44,857 nt of DNA, from positions 1-44,857 of the forward strand of contig CAMPBM010000003.1 of NCBI GenBank assembly GCA_946637865.1, read 5' to 3'. This DNA is from an uncultured Lachnospiraceae bacterium (lineage in GTDB: Bacteria > Bacillota > Clostridia > TANB77 > CAG-508). The translations under genes and the position numbers were made by a program. The stretch's first letter is position 1, and each line of letters opens with the position of its first letter. This document shows positions 30,947 through 40,133 of the stretch, in pieces. The notes below the pieces were generated by a model, which was not told the DNA's origin, made no database searches, and saw only the letters and a program-made list of their open reading frames with translations.

Positions 30947-32537
30947 TCAAAAATAAATCCTAAAATCAATATCCTCAAAAACACAATCTTGTTTCTCAAC
31001 AAATTCCAAAAATTCTATATCTATCTTACCAGAAGTAAGCTCACTATAAAACCTATTAAACCTACCAACATGCTCTTTTATCCTTTTCTTCGCATAGTCA
31101 ACCATAGTTCCATTAGTAATAATAAATAACCAATCGCTACTTTGCGCAAGCAGTACCTCACGTGCACATTGATTTAATACGCGAAGCTTTAACATATCAG
31201 TTTCATCATGAAATACATGCGCAAGTTCCACCATCTTATCGCCTATATGATGCAAATGTCTGTGGGCATAATCATTAGAACCGTTAAGCCACACTTCGCT
31301 ATAACCGGTTTGCACCCCAGCTTGACCTACAAGGAGTACACTCTTGCATTATAGGATACTTAGAAATGTATTCACTAGGTGTAATTAATTCAAAATTAGA
31401 TTTATTATAATAAATTTTCTTAAACAAAATATACAACCAATAAGGTCCTTCATACCACCAATGACCATATAATTCAGCATCATAAGGACACAATATAATA
31501 GGCGGATTCTCCGTATAGTTAGAGGCATAATTTATCTGAGCTGTTCTACTATCAAAAAAGTGTCCTGCTTGCCTTTCAGCAGAATCTTTAGCCCAATGAA
31601 GATTATAGTAATCTTTAGCTTCAGTTTTTCCTGTAATTCGATAATACTTTATACCCGTGTGAACACGAACACCATTATGTGCTATATATGGTTTTATATA
31701 ATCATAATCAGTTTCATACCCAATATCTCTATAAAACTCACGATAGTTGAAGTCTCCAGGGTAACCATTTATTGAACTCCATACCTGTCTTGAAGATTCT
31801 AAATCTCTACCAAATGCCACCACGCCACCAGGCGAAACAATAGGAGCAAAAGTTCCAAACAGCGGAGCTGGGTTTGCATATAGTATTCCATGTGATTCAG
31901 TAATGATATACTCAATACCAAATTCCTTTAAATATTTGTCTGCCTCTGGAACATAGCCACATTCAGGAAGCCAAATACCTTTAGGTCTTCTACCTAAATA
32001 CTTCTCATATGTCTGAACACCAACAGCAATCTGTGCGCGTACAGTTTGTTCGGTAGTATATAAAATAGGAAAATAACCATGTGTTGCTCCACAGGTTATT
32101 ATTTCTAAAACACCAATATCCTGAAAGTGCTTGAAACCTTCAATTAAATTACAGTGATATTTATCCCTAAAAACTCTTAAATCCTTTGAATATCTTTCAA
32201 AATAATATTTAGCTAAACTATTAACTTGCTCATTATCCCTAGTCCTTTTTATTTCCTTTGCAGAAAGTTCAATATGTTGTTTTAAGTATTTAATATATCT
32301 TTGTTGTAGCAACTTATTAGAAAGCATACATAAAAGGGGAGGAGTAAGCGACATAGTAATCCTAAAATTAACGCCCTCATTAACAAGCATTTCAAAATTT
32401 GTTAATAATGGAATATATGTTTCAGAAATGGCTTCAAAAAGCCACTGCTCCTCTAAGTAATCCTCACTTTCTGGATGATGTATAAATGGTAAATGTGCAT
32501 GTAAAACAAAGCTTACATATCCTTTTGTTTCGCTCAT
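30947..32537 (-). CDS. GH57 1,4-alpha-glucan branching enzyme (DUF1957) with +1 frameshift at CGG 31307-31305 (~529 aa)
   Basis: LHAHLPF, ETYIP, WLPECGY, YDAELYGHWWYEG, SSWGAN-(C)-GYSEVW, ARE.LLAQSSDW.F. Confidence 0.92.
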
Positions 32538-32558
32538 AAATTTTCTCTTCCTTTCAAA

Positions 32559-32753
32559 TGAAACATTTGGGGACGGTCTTGTTTTGTTTCATTTTTGAAA
32601 CATTTGGGGACGGTCTTGTTTTTGTTCCATTTTTGAAATACTTTGGAACGGACATAGTCCAAACAATTTTCATGTTTCTTTGTATTCAATTAATAAGTCC
32701 GTCCCTAAATGTTTCAAATTTGAAACAAATCAAGACCGTCCCCAAACGTTTCA
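32559..32753. repeat. TGAAACATTTGGGGACGGTCTTGTTTTGTTTCA REP-like cluster (direct and inverted copies)
   Basis: Direct copies at 32559 and 32596, inverted copy at 32721-32753, degenerate inner pair. Confidence 0.9.
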
Positions 32754-32768
32754 CTCTATTTTCCTTTT

Positions 32769-33800
32769 TTAAAATTTAAATTGTGAAGAAGGGTTTTTCT
32801 CAATTTCTTCATTATACATTTCTTTGTAAAATCTATATATATCCTTTAAGAATTTAAATGATTTAATATTTCTTCTAATAACATCACCATTACGAACATT
32901 CCTAAAAACAACAAATTCACTTAATTTTTCAAATAATATATGGTCATTAGGAGACTGTATATCATTGGACTTGGCTATATTAATATATTCTGGTATAGAT
33001 TTGAGATTCTTTGCATTTTCATGAAGATTAGCATTATCCAAACCATCTCCATATGTTGCAGTATTTGTTTCATTCAAAGCAGTATTTGTTTCATTCAAAT
33101 ATGTTTGACTTTGATAAGAGTTTGGAATAAGCCTTCTAGCAAGTTCTACATCAAAAACGCAGTCTGAATCTTCGGTATTTAAATACCAGCAATTAGCAAA
33201 ATCATTTATCTCAACTTCATAGTGCTTGTTAAGGGTTATATTATGAACAATTAGTACAGGTTTTGTTCTATAAAAGAAATCGTTACCATAAACTTTTTTA
33301 AAATTATCTATATCAGCATCTGAAACTTCCCAATATACAAAAAGAGTGGTTGGAGTTTGGGCTAAAAGGCGTATAAGAGTATTTCCATATTTATACGGTA
33401 AATCGTAGTATTCGGCTATTGGAACAATTTCATTTTTTGCCTTTTTTGATCGCCTTTTAGGTGCAGTTTTCTTAGAGGTATTATCTATGGTTACTTTTTT
33501 ACTTATGGAAGACGTTTTAGTTGCAGAAGATGTTTTAGTAGCTAAAGTTTTTTTAGCGTCAGGTGATCTTTTAGCGGCAGAAGTTTTTTTAGTGGTAGAT
33601 AACTTTTTATCTATGCTTTTAACTCTAGAATTACTTTTTGATGTTGTGGATTTTTTACTGGAAGATGCTACCGTTCCAGAAGTTAAAGATTTATTTTTAT
33701 TATGTATTTTTTCAGAAGATAATTTCGTATTAGATTTCTTTGTAGATGTTTTTTTTACTTTTTCACTTAAAATATTTTTTTCTTTCGCTTTACTTAGCAT
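32769..33800 (-). CDS. DUF4912-domain protein with K/S/T-rich N-terminus
   Basis: LP..YG...I.LL...P..LFVYWE, WY, SN....P motifs; upstream of GH57. Confidence 0.8.
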   Translation of the reverse strand: MLSKAKEKNILSEKVKKTSTKKSNTKLSSEKIHNKNKSLTSGTVASSSKKSTTSKSNSRVKSIDKKLSTTKKTSAAKRSPDAKKTLATKTSSATKTSSISKKVTIDNTSKKTAPKRRSKKAKNEIVPIAEYYDLPYKYGNTLIRLLAQTPTTLFVYWEVSDADIDNFKKVYGNDFFYRTKPVLIVHNITLNKHYEVEINDFANCWYLNTEDSDCVFDVELARRLIPNSYQSQTYLNETNTALNETNTATYGDGLDNANLHENAKNLKSIPEYINIAKSNDIQSPNDHILFEKLSEFVVFRNVRNGDVIRRNIKSFKFLKDIYRFYKEMYNEEIEKNPSSQFKF

Positions 33801-33912
33801 AATTTCCTCCTTTGTGAAATCTCTAATTCTACTTAGTATATACTATACCATAAACGCAAAAAACACAATAGAAAAAACAAAAAAAATATGTTAAAAAATG
33901 TAGAAAAATTTA

Positions 33913-33941
33913 TTGACTTTTATATTAAACTTATATAGAAT
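33913..33941 (+). promoter_or_regulatory. sigmaA promoter
   Basis: TTGACT-17 nt-TAGAAT. Confidence 0.65.
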
Positions 33942-34056
33942 ATTTGGTAGTATAGGAAAGTTTTAGTATGGAGTAAAGAAAAAATAAAACTTTCATATTA
34001 TGAAAATGCATGATAATACCATAACAAAAGAGAAAACTGAAAGGAGAATAGGGGTA

Positions 34057-35349
34057 ATGAAAATTTTGATGTTAACTTGGGAATATCCACCAAGAATAGT
34101 AGGAGGAATTGCTAGAGTAGTACACGACTTATCACATCAACTTGTTAAATTTGGAAATGAAGTAACGGTTATTACATACAAAGAAGGTGATGTACCAGAG
34201 TTCGAAGATGATAAGGGTGTTAAAGTGTATAGAGTTGAAAACTATATGATACATCCAAATAATTTTACTGATTGGGTTATGCAATTAAATTTTAAACTAA
34301 CATCAAAGGCTAGTCAAATAATAAGCGAACAAGGAAAATTTGATTGCATACATGCTCACGATTGGCTTGTCGCATATTCAGCAAAAACGTTAAAAGATGC
34401 TTTTCAAATCCCGATTGTAGCAACAATTCATGCAACAGAGTCAGGAAGAAATGGTGGAATTCATGATGATGTCCAGAGGTATATTAATGACACAGAATGG
34501 CTATTAACATATGAATCCACAGAGGTAATTGTAAATAGTAATTTCATGAAGTGCGAATTACAAAGACTTTTTGGTTTACCTTTTGAAAAAATAAATGTAA
34601 TATCAAATGGGATAAATCTTAACAATTTCAATGGAGTAGAAAGAGATTATGATTTCAGAAGAAGATATGCTATGGATAATGAGAAAATAATCCTATATAT
34701 TGGAAGGTTAGTGTATGAAAAAGGAATTCAACATTTAATATCTGCAATGCCCAAAATTATTAATGGCTATAATGATACAAAACTTATAATTGGAGGAAAA
34801 GGTGGAATGTATGATGAACTAAGAGAGCAGGCAAAATATTTAGGAATAGAAAATAAAGTTTATTTTACAGGGTATTTAACTTCAAAAGATGTTCAAAAGA
34901 TGTATAAATGTGCTGATATAGCAGTATTTCCAAGTACATATGAACCTTTTGGAATTGTTGCTTTGGAAGCAATGCTTGCAGGTGTTCCAACTGTGGTTTC
35001 AGATGTAGGTGGATTAAACGAAATTGTTGAGCATGGCGTAAATGGTATGAAGAGTTACGCGGGTAACAGTAATTCTATTGCGGATTCTGTTTTAACTTTG
35101 TTATATAATCATCAATTATGTGATAATATTACAAAGAATGCAAAAAATAAAGTAAAACAGGAATTTAATTGGAATAGAATAACGCAGGATACATTTTTTA
35201 CTTATGAAAAAGCTGTATGTCAGACTATGGCTGAAAAGCAGGCTAGAGAGATTGAGCAAGAGAATGCTAAAAAGACAGCTAAGGCTCAAAATTCGGAGAA
35301 AGAAATTACACGCTTGTTGGATTTCAAGAAGAAGCATGCGTATGCGTAG
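34057..35349 (+). CDS. GT4 glycosyltransferase (glycogen synthase-like)
   Basis: WEYPP..VGG, HAHDWL, GRLVYEKG, PSTYEPFGIVALEAM; AAGGAG RBS favours ATG 34057. Confidence 0.92.
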   Translation: MKILMLTWEYPPRIVGGIARVVHDLSHQLVKFGNEVTVITYKEGDVPEFEDDKGVKVYRVENYMIHPNNFTDWVMQLNFKLTSKASQIISEQGKFDCIHAHDWLVAYSAKTLKDAFQIPIVATIHATESGRNGGIHDDVQRYINDTEWLLTYESTEVIVNSNFMKCELQRLFGLPFEKINVISNGINLNNFNGVERDYDFRRRYAMDNEKIILYIGRLVYEKGIQHLISAMPKIINGYNDTKLIIGGKGGMYDELREQAKYLGIENKVYFTGYLTSKDVQKMYKCADIAVFPSTYEPFGIVALEAMLAGVPTVVSDVGGLNEIVEHGVNGMKSYAGNSNSIADSVLTLLYNHQLCDNITKNAKNKVKQEFNWNRITQDTFFTYEKAVCQTMAEKQAREIEQENAKKTAKAQNSEKEITRLLDFKKKHAYA

Positions 35350-35372
35350 GTTTTTGCTTTTGCGGGGAGCCA

Positions 35373-35467
35373 TTCAGAATAAGAATTGAAACATTTGGGG
35401 ACGGTCTTGTTTTGTTTCAATGAAACAAAACAAGACCGTCCCCAAATGTTTCAATTCTTATTCTGAA
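35373..35467. repeat. perfect 47-bp-arm palindrome containing the GGGGACGG REP-like unit
   Basis: ttcagaataagaattgaaacatttggggacggtcttgttttgtttca, one A, then the exact reverse complement. Confidence 0.95.
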
Positions 35468-35521
35468 CTACTCTGCAGAGGTAAGTTATTTTTTTTAGAA
35501 AATAAATAGGAGGTATAAAAA

Positions 35522-35857
35522 ATGAATGTGTATGATACAGCTAATAAGTTAGCTTATGAGATGAAAAATTCAGAAGAGTATAAAGCGTATAAGGAAGCTA
35601 AGGATAAAATAATGCAGAATCCAGACTTGAAAGCTAAGATTGAGGAGTTTGAAAAAATTAGGTATGATGCGCAGGTATTGGCAATTAAGAAAGGGGAAAG
35701 TGATGCGGATAAGGTGCAGAAGCTACAACAATTGTATAGCATTTTAGTTGAAAACAAGGAAATAAAAGAATATTTTGATTTAGAAGTGAAGTTTAATGTT
35801 ATGGTAGCCGATGTTAATAAAATTATTGCAGAAGCTATAAAGGAAGTTTTACAGTAG
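35522..35857 (+). CDS. YlbF/YmcA-family regulator
   Basis: MNVYD.A..L......SEEY; helical 111 aa; AGGAGG RBS. Confidence 0.85.
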   Translation: MNVYDTANKLAYEMKNSEEYKAYKEAKDKIMQNPDLKAKIEEFEKIRYDAQVLAIKKGESDADKVQKLQQLYSILVENKEIKEYFDLEVKFNVMVADVNKIIAEAIKEVLQ

Positions 35858-35950
35858 TAGATTAAAATAACAAAAGTGAAGGATATTCTTAGATTCAGTA
35901 TAGTGAAAATATTAATATATAGGGAGAGTGTTCCTTGGAAAAGAATGTAA

Positions 35951-36136
35951 AAGGAAATTGTTAGTTCAGAAAATAATAATGTTTTGTATACTATAGAGGC
36001 AGAATATACTAAGGATATTAGTGATATTGAGAAAGATAGTAGCGAAATTGAACAAAAAGAAACTCAAATATATAAGTTGACTTTGGAAAAAGTAAGTGGA
36101 GAATGGAAGGTTAATGGACATACATTGCTTTTTTAG
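35951..36136 (+). pseudogene. 3' remnant of an NTF2/IseA-like protein gene
   Basis: Start-less frame KEIVSSENNNVLYTIEAEY...KLTLEKVSGEWKVNG..*; stops immediately upstream. Confidence 0.4.
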
Positions 36137-36142
36137 ATGAAG

Positions 36143-36171
36143 AAACCGCAACCTATAGAGGGTTGCGGTTT
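36143..36171. terminator. intrinsic terminator (possibly bidirectional)
   Basis: aaaccgcaacc / ggttgcggttt stem. Confidence 0.8.
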
Positions 36172-36175
36172 TGAG

Positions 36176-36748
36176 TTATGCTTCTACACTTTTAAGTGTA
36201 GCTGTTTGTTCTTTTTTGAAAGAAATAACCACTTCTTTCAAATCAAAAAGTAATCCAATGATTACAAAGAACAAAATAATATCTACAACGATTATAGCAG
36301 TCCATGCGAGTATTACTAAAGTGAGCGATGAGTACCATTTTCCAGCTCCAACACTTTTGGATATGGCAATCATCATCGTATCGGGCCTCATAAATTTCCT
36401 GTTTTCTAACAAGGATTCATATTTTGAGAATTCCGTAAAATAGTTTTCATTGGAACTCTGAGTATTTTTCAATAACTCTAAATCTGAGATAGATTCATTA
36501 ATCTGTATTAAAAATTCTGAATCCCCATTGTGTTCCTCTAAAAACTGCTTCGCTAACTCGAGATCTGTTTCGATAACATCCAGGTTCGTCGTATCTCTGA
36601 TTTCTGCTGTGATATCACGATAGAACGTCGAAGTTCCGTATATACGGAGTGACTTCGATGTTGGTGAAATCATCATAATTGGAAGTGCAAAGAACACAAC
36701 CATTAGAACATTGATGATAAGCGTACTAACTATAATTTGCTTTTTCAT
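36176..36748 (-). CDS. hypothetical 2-TM membrane protein, paralog of 38355-38888
   Basis: N- and C-terminal TM segments; shared YR..I..TN...L..AK.FLE..NESI motif; GGAGG RBS. Confidence 0.8.
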   Translation of the reverse strand: MKKQIIVSTLIINVLMVVFFALPIMMISPTSKSLRIYGTSTFYRDITAEIRDTTNLDVIETDLELAKQFLEEHNGDSEFLIQINESISDLELLKNTQSSNENYFTEFSKYESLLENRKFMRPDTMMIAISKSVGAGKWYSSLTLVILAWTAIIVVDIILFFVIIGLLFDLKEVVISFKKEQTATLKSVEA

Positions 36749-36790
36749 AAGTGACCTCCAGATTTTTTTGATATTGTTAATTTGTTAATA

Positions 36791-36963
36791 ATGTATATAT
36801 AAACCTGAAGATATAAACCTTACAGGAGAAGCTAGTAACCGTCCTTATGCTCTTAGAGACAATAATTAGTGTCCTTCAAAACATAACTCTGGGTAATAAT
36901 ATATATAAAAATGGTAAAATACCACTGTAAGCATATTATAGCATAAAATCACTATAATGTCAA
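36791..36963 (-). promoter_or_regulatory. extended sigmaA promoter plus conserved structured 5' leader (copy 1)
   Basis: TTGACA-17-TATAAT with TG (36963-36935); leader homologous to 38934-39104. Confidence 0.75.
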
Positions 36964-37126
36964 ATTATCCTGCAAATTATACTGAAATTATGTAAATCTG
37001 AATATTTTCGACTAGCGAAAATATTCAATCTTTCTTACAAACAAATCCAAAACGAATTCTAAATAAAAAGTTTAACAGGACAACTGAAAAAAGTAATGTA
37101 GTAGTAGTAATATTCATAACAATAAA

Positions 37127-38158
37127 TCAAAATTTACTAATCAGCTTCTCCAAAATTTGCACAGCATTGCTAGCAGCACCTTTTCTTATATTATCAGCAA
37201 CAACCCAAATATTCAACCCATTTTTCACACTAAAATCTCTTCTAATTCTACTAACAAAAACATCATCATGACCAGAAACTTCTGTAGGAATAGCGTATAG
37301 CTCAGAACCAATATCATCTTGAACAATTACTCCAGGAGCTTTTTTTAAAACTTCGAACACTTTTTCCAATTCAAATTCCAATTCAAATTCAATATTAATA
37401 CTCTCACAATGAGAATTAAAAACAGGAACTCTAACTGTTGTAGCAGTTATAGCTAAATTAGGCTTGCCTAAAATTTTTCTGGTTTCATTAATCATTTTTT
37501 CTTCCTCTTTTGTATAACCATTTTCTAAAAATTTATCAATATGTGGTAAGCAATTATTAAATATAGGGTATGGAAACTTCTCTAAGCTATAAGTTGATTC
37601 AAATTCATCATCCATTGAACTGTGATAATAATTTCTAATACCATTTTCTAAATCATGAATTCCCTTAGAACCAGCACCAGAAACCGCTTGATATGTAGAA
37701 TACACTATTCTCTTAATACCAAAAGCATCATCTAAAGGCTTGAGAGCACAAACCGCTTGAATAGTAGAACAATTAGGATTAGCGATAATTCCATTATGAC
37801 TATAAATAGCCTTACCATTGACCTCAGGAACAACCAAGGGCACATCATCATGCATCCTAAACGCACTACTATTATCAATAACAACACAACCATGCTCACT
37901 AGCTATAGGAGCATATTTTAATGCAGTATCACCACCAGCAGAAAACAGCGCAAAATCGAACCCATTATCAAAGGAATCTTCTTTTAATTCTTTAACACAA
38001 TAAGTATCATCACTAAACCTTAACTTCCTTCCAGCAGACCTACTAGAAGCAAAAAAAACATATTCGCCAATGGGCAAATTTTTCTCCTCTAAAACTTCAA
38101 GCATTTTTTGCCCAACAACACCTGTAGCACCAACTACAGCCAATTTATATTTTACCAT
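37127..38158 (-). CDS. asd: aspartate-semialdehyde dehydrogenase
   Basis: VVGATGVVG, IDNSSAFRM, ANPNCSTIQ, STYQAVSGAG, DNIRKGAA.NAVQI. Confidence 0.97.
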   Translation of the reverse strand: MVKYKLAVVGATGVVGQKMLEVLEEKNLPIGEYVFFASSRSAGRKLRFSDDTYCVKELKEDSFDNGFDFALFSAGGDTALKYAPIASEHGCVVIDNSSAFRMHDDVPLVVPEVNGKAIYSHNGIIANPNCSTIQAVCALKPLDDAFGIKRIVYSTYQAVSGAGSKGIHDLENGIRNYYHSSMDDEFESTYSLEKFPYPIFNNCLPHIDKFLENGYTKEEEKMINETRKILGKPNLAITATTVRVPVFNSHCESINIEFELEFELEKVFEVLKKAPGVIVQDDIGSELYAIPTEVSGHDDVFVSRIRRDFSVKNGLNIWVVADNIRKGAASNAVQILEKLISKF

Positions 38159-38313
38159 ACACATTCCTCCTTACTAAATTGAAACATCTGGGGACGATAT
38201 TTATTATTGTTTTATTGAATTCGCATATTTTTTAATAATACGCTATTAATACTAAGAATATGAACGGAAATTTAAAATATTACTTGAAAAATAAATAAAC
38301 ATATTTTAATAAG

Positions 38314-38350
38314 AAAACCGCAACTTAAAAAAGATATAAGTTGCGGTTTT
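38314..38350. terminator. intrinsic terminator homologous to 36143-36171
   Basis: aaaaccgcaactta / taagttgcggtttt stem. Confidence 0.8.
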
Positions 38351-38354
38351 TGAT

Positions 38355-38888
38355 TTAGATGGTTTGACTTGCCTTTTTAGTGAAGCTTATTACTTCACAA
38401 TACATGAGTTCCCATTCGAATATTCCAACAATTCCAATAAGTGCCAGAACTATGGCTATTAACCATGCAAAGAATAATGCACCCATACTGGGAGCACCTA
38501 GATGTTCGTAGAGGCGAACACCAATTTCTTCCTGGTTAACGAAGTCCCTACTATTCAAAAGATTCTTATAGGCCTCCATTTCAGAGAATAGCCTGTCGGA
38601 ACCTGATGCCTTAACTTTTTTTAAGTAACGTAAGCCTTCAATAGACTCATTAAGCGAATCTGTCCAATCTTCAAAATTGTAGGCTTCAAGAAAAGCTTTA
38701 GCCTGATAAAGGCTGTTAGATAAAGTCTCTACATTTGTTGATTCTTTAATTGTGGTTGCATAACTTCTGTAGGGACTAACTAGCTTAGCAATTTTTGCGG
38801 TTTTGCTACTTAAGAGTATTGCTGGTATAAATGCGAGAATAACTACTATAATTGTAATGTGTGCCCAGGTTATTGTAAATTTTTTCAT
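38355..38888 (-). CDS. hypothetical 2-TM membrane protein, paralog of 36176-36748
   Basis: Same architecture and motifs as the paralog; AAGGAGG RBS. Confidence 0.8.
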   Translation of the reverse strand: MKKFTITWAHITIIVVILAFIPAILLSSKTAKIAKLVSPYRSYATTIKESTNVETLSNSLYQAKAFLEAYNFEDWTDSLNESIEGLRYLKKVKASGSDRLFSEMEAYKNLLNSRDFVNQEEIGVRLYEHLGAPSMGALFFAWLIAIVLALIGIVGIFEWELMYCEVISFTKKASQTI

Positions 38889-38933
38889 TATTTTTCCTCC
38901 TTGAAAAATATAACGAAGATTTTGGATATGCGT

Positions 38934-39104
38934 ATGTATATATAAACCTGAAGCAAAACCTCAGGGAGAACAAGTAACCATCTTTATGTTTTGAGTAACA
39001 ATAATTAATATTATTCAAAACATAATTCTGGGTTATAAAATATATGTAAAAATGGTATATTACCATTGTATGCACATTATACCATAAAACTGACTAAAAG
39101 TCAA
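38934..39104 (-). promoter_or_regulatory. extended sigmaA promoter plus conserved structured 5' leader (copy 2)
   Basis: TTGACT-17-TATAAT with TG (39104-39076); three stem-loops in the leader. Confidence 0.75.
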
Positions 39105-39213
39105 ATTATGTAAATTTTAAAATTATAAACATATTAAAAATCCCTTGATTTTTACATACTACAAGTGATATAATATCCATGTTGAATTACGACGAGAAGA
39201 AAGGAAATATATT

Positions 39214-40059
39214 ATGGATTTTAGCAATATAAGAGTATGTGCTTTTGTAGGACCATCAGGTACGGGAAAAAGCTACAGAGCCCAGATGGTTGCAGGGGAA
39301 AATGATATAGAATTTATTATAGATGATGGTCTATTAGTAAAGGGAAATGCAGTGGTAGCAGGTACTTCAGCTAAAAAGGCCCCTACAAAGATAGAAACAG
39401 TAAGACATGCATTGTTTATAGAAGAACAAGAAAAGCAAGATATGCAAGAAGCTTTCATAAAATATAATCCATCTGCGATATTGATATTAGGTACTTCTGA
39501 CGGGATGGTAGCTAAAATAGCAACAAATTTGGGGTTGCCACCTATTAGTAAAACTATCTATATTAACGAAGTTGCAACAGAAGAAGAAATGGAAAATGCT
39601 AGAAGAATTCGTGTGACAGAAGGAAAACATGTTATTCCTGTTCCAACGTTTGAAATAAAAAAAGAGTTTTCAGGGTATTTACTGGATCCTTTGCAAATAT
39701 TTAAATCTAAAGGAAAAGGCAAAACTCCATATATGGCTGAAAAATCAATAATAAGACCTACATTTAGCTACATGGGAAATTTCACAATTTCAGATAATGT
39801 TTTTAAACAAATAATTGAACATCTAGCCAATAAAGAACCTTCAATACATAAAGTGTCAAAAACAAGAGTTAATAAAGGAGAATTGGGAACCGAAATTTAT
39901 ATGGAAGTAATAGTTAACTATGGAAAGAAAATAGTTGATGTGTTACAGGATTTTCAAATTAAGTCTAAAAAAGAGATAGAGAGGCTTACTGCAATGAATG
40001 TATCCAAAATAGATGTAATGGCTAAGGGTATAAATATACCTAAAAATATGACACTCTAA
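39214..40059 (+). CDS. P-loop ATP-binding protein with C-terminal Asp23/Gls24-like domain
   Basis: GPSGTGKS, IIDDGL, GKHVIPVP, C-terminal IERLTAMNV.KIDV. Confidence 0.8.
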   Translation: MDFSNIRVCAFVGPSGTGKSYRAQMVAGENDIEFIIDDGLLVKGNAVVAGTSAKKAPTKIETVRHALFIEEQEKQDMQEAFIKYNPSAILILGTSDGMVAKIATNLGLPPISKTIYINEVATEEEMENARRIRVTEGKHVIPVPTFEIKKEFSGYLLDPLQIFKSKGKGKTPYMAEKSIIRPTFSYMGNFTISDNVFKQIIEHLANKEPSIHKVSKTRVNKGELGTEIYMEVIVNYGKKIVDVLQDFQIKSKKEIERLTAMNVSKIDVMAKGINIPKNMTL

Positions 40060-40133
40060 TTAGATGAATTTAAATACACAAATGTAAAAATTAAGAGATG
40101 GCAATATTATATAAAAAGGGGAGAATATAAGGT

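Noticed and set aside
8754-31307. Phase variation by slipped-strand repeats at the shift sites
   Set aside because: No homopolymer longer than 2 C and no microsatellite at any site
8637-32537. Treating the five split genes as ordinary pseudogenes or sequencing indels
   Set aside because: All five are +1 events at a codon-aligned C before GG. Three are outside any homopolymer, the long A/T runs in these genes carry no indels, and there are no secondary lesions. This cannot be fully excluded without reads.
32559-32753. CRISPR array, or the 73-aa ORF 32558-32779
   Set aside because: Repeats abut or are inverted and have no spacers; the ORF is just the translated repeat
35362-35476. Group II intron domain VI (stem ending CTACTC with a bulged A)
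   Set aside because: No recognisable domain V, no GTGCG 5' end and no RT ORF; better explained as a repeat-family end
35941-35960. A sixth programmed frameshift in the remnant ORF near 35950
   Set aside because: No CGG at the junction and upstream frames contain stops; looks like real decay
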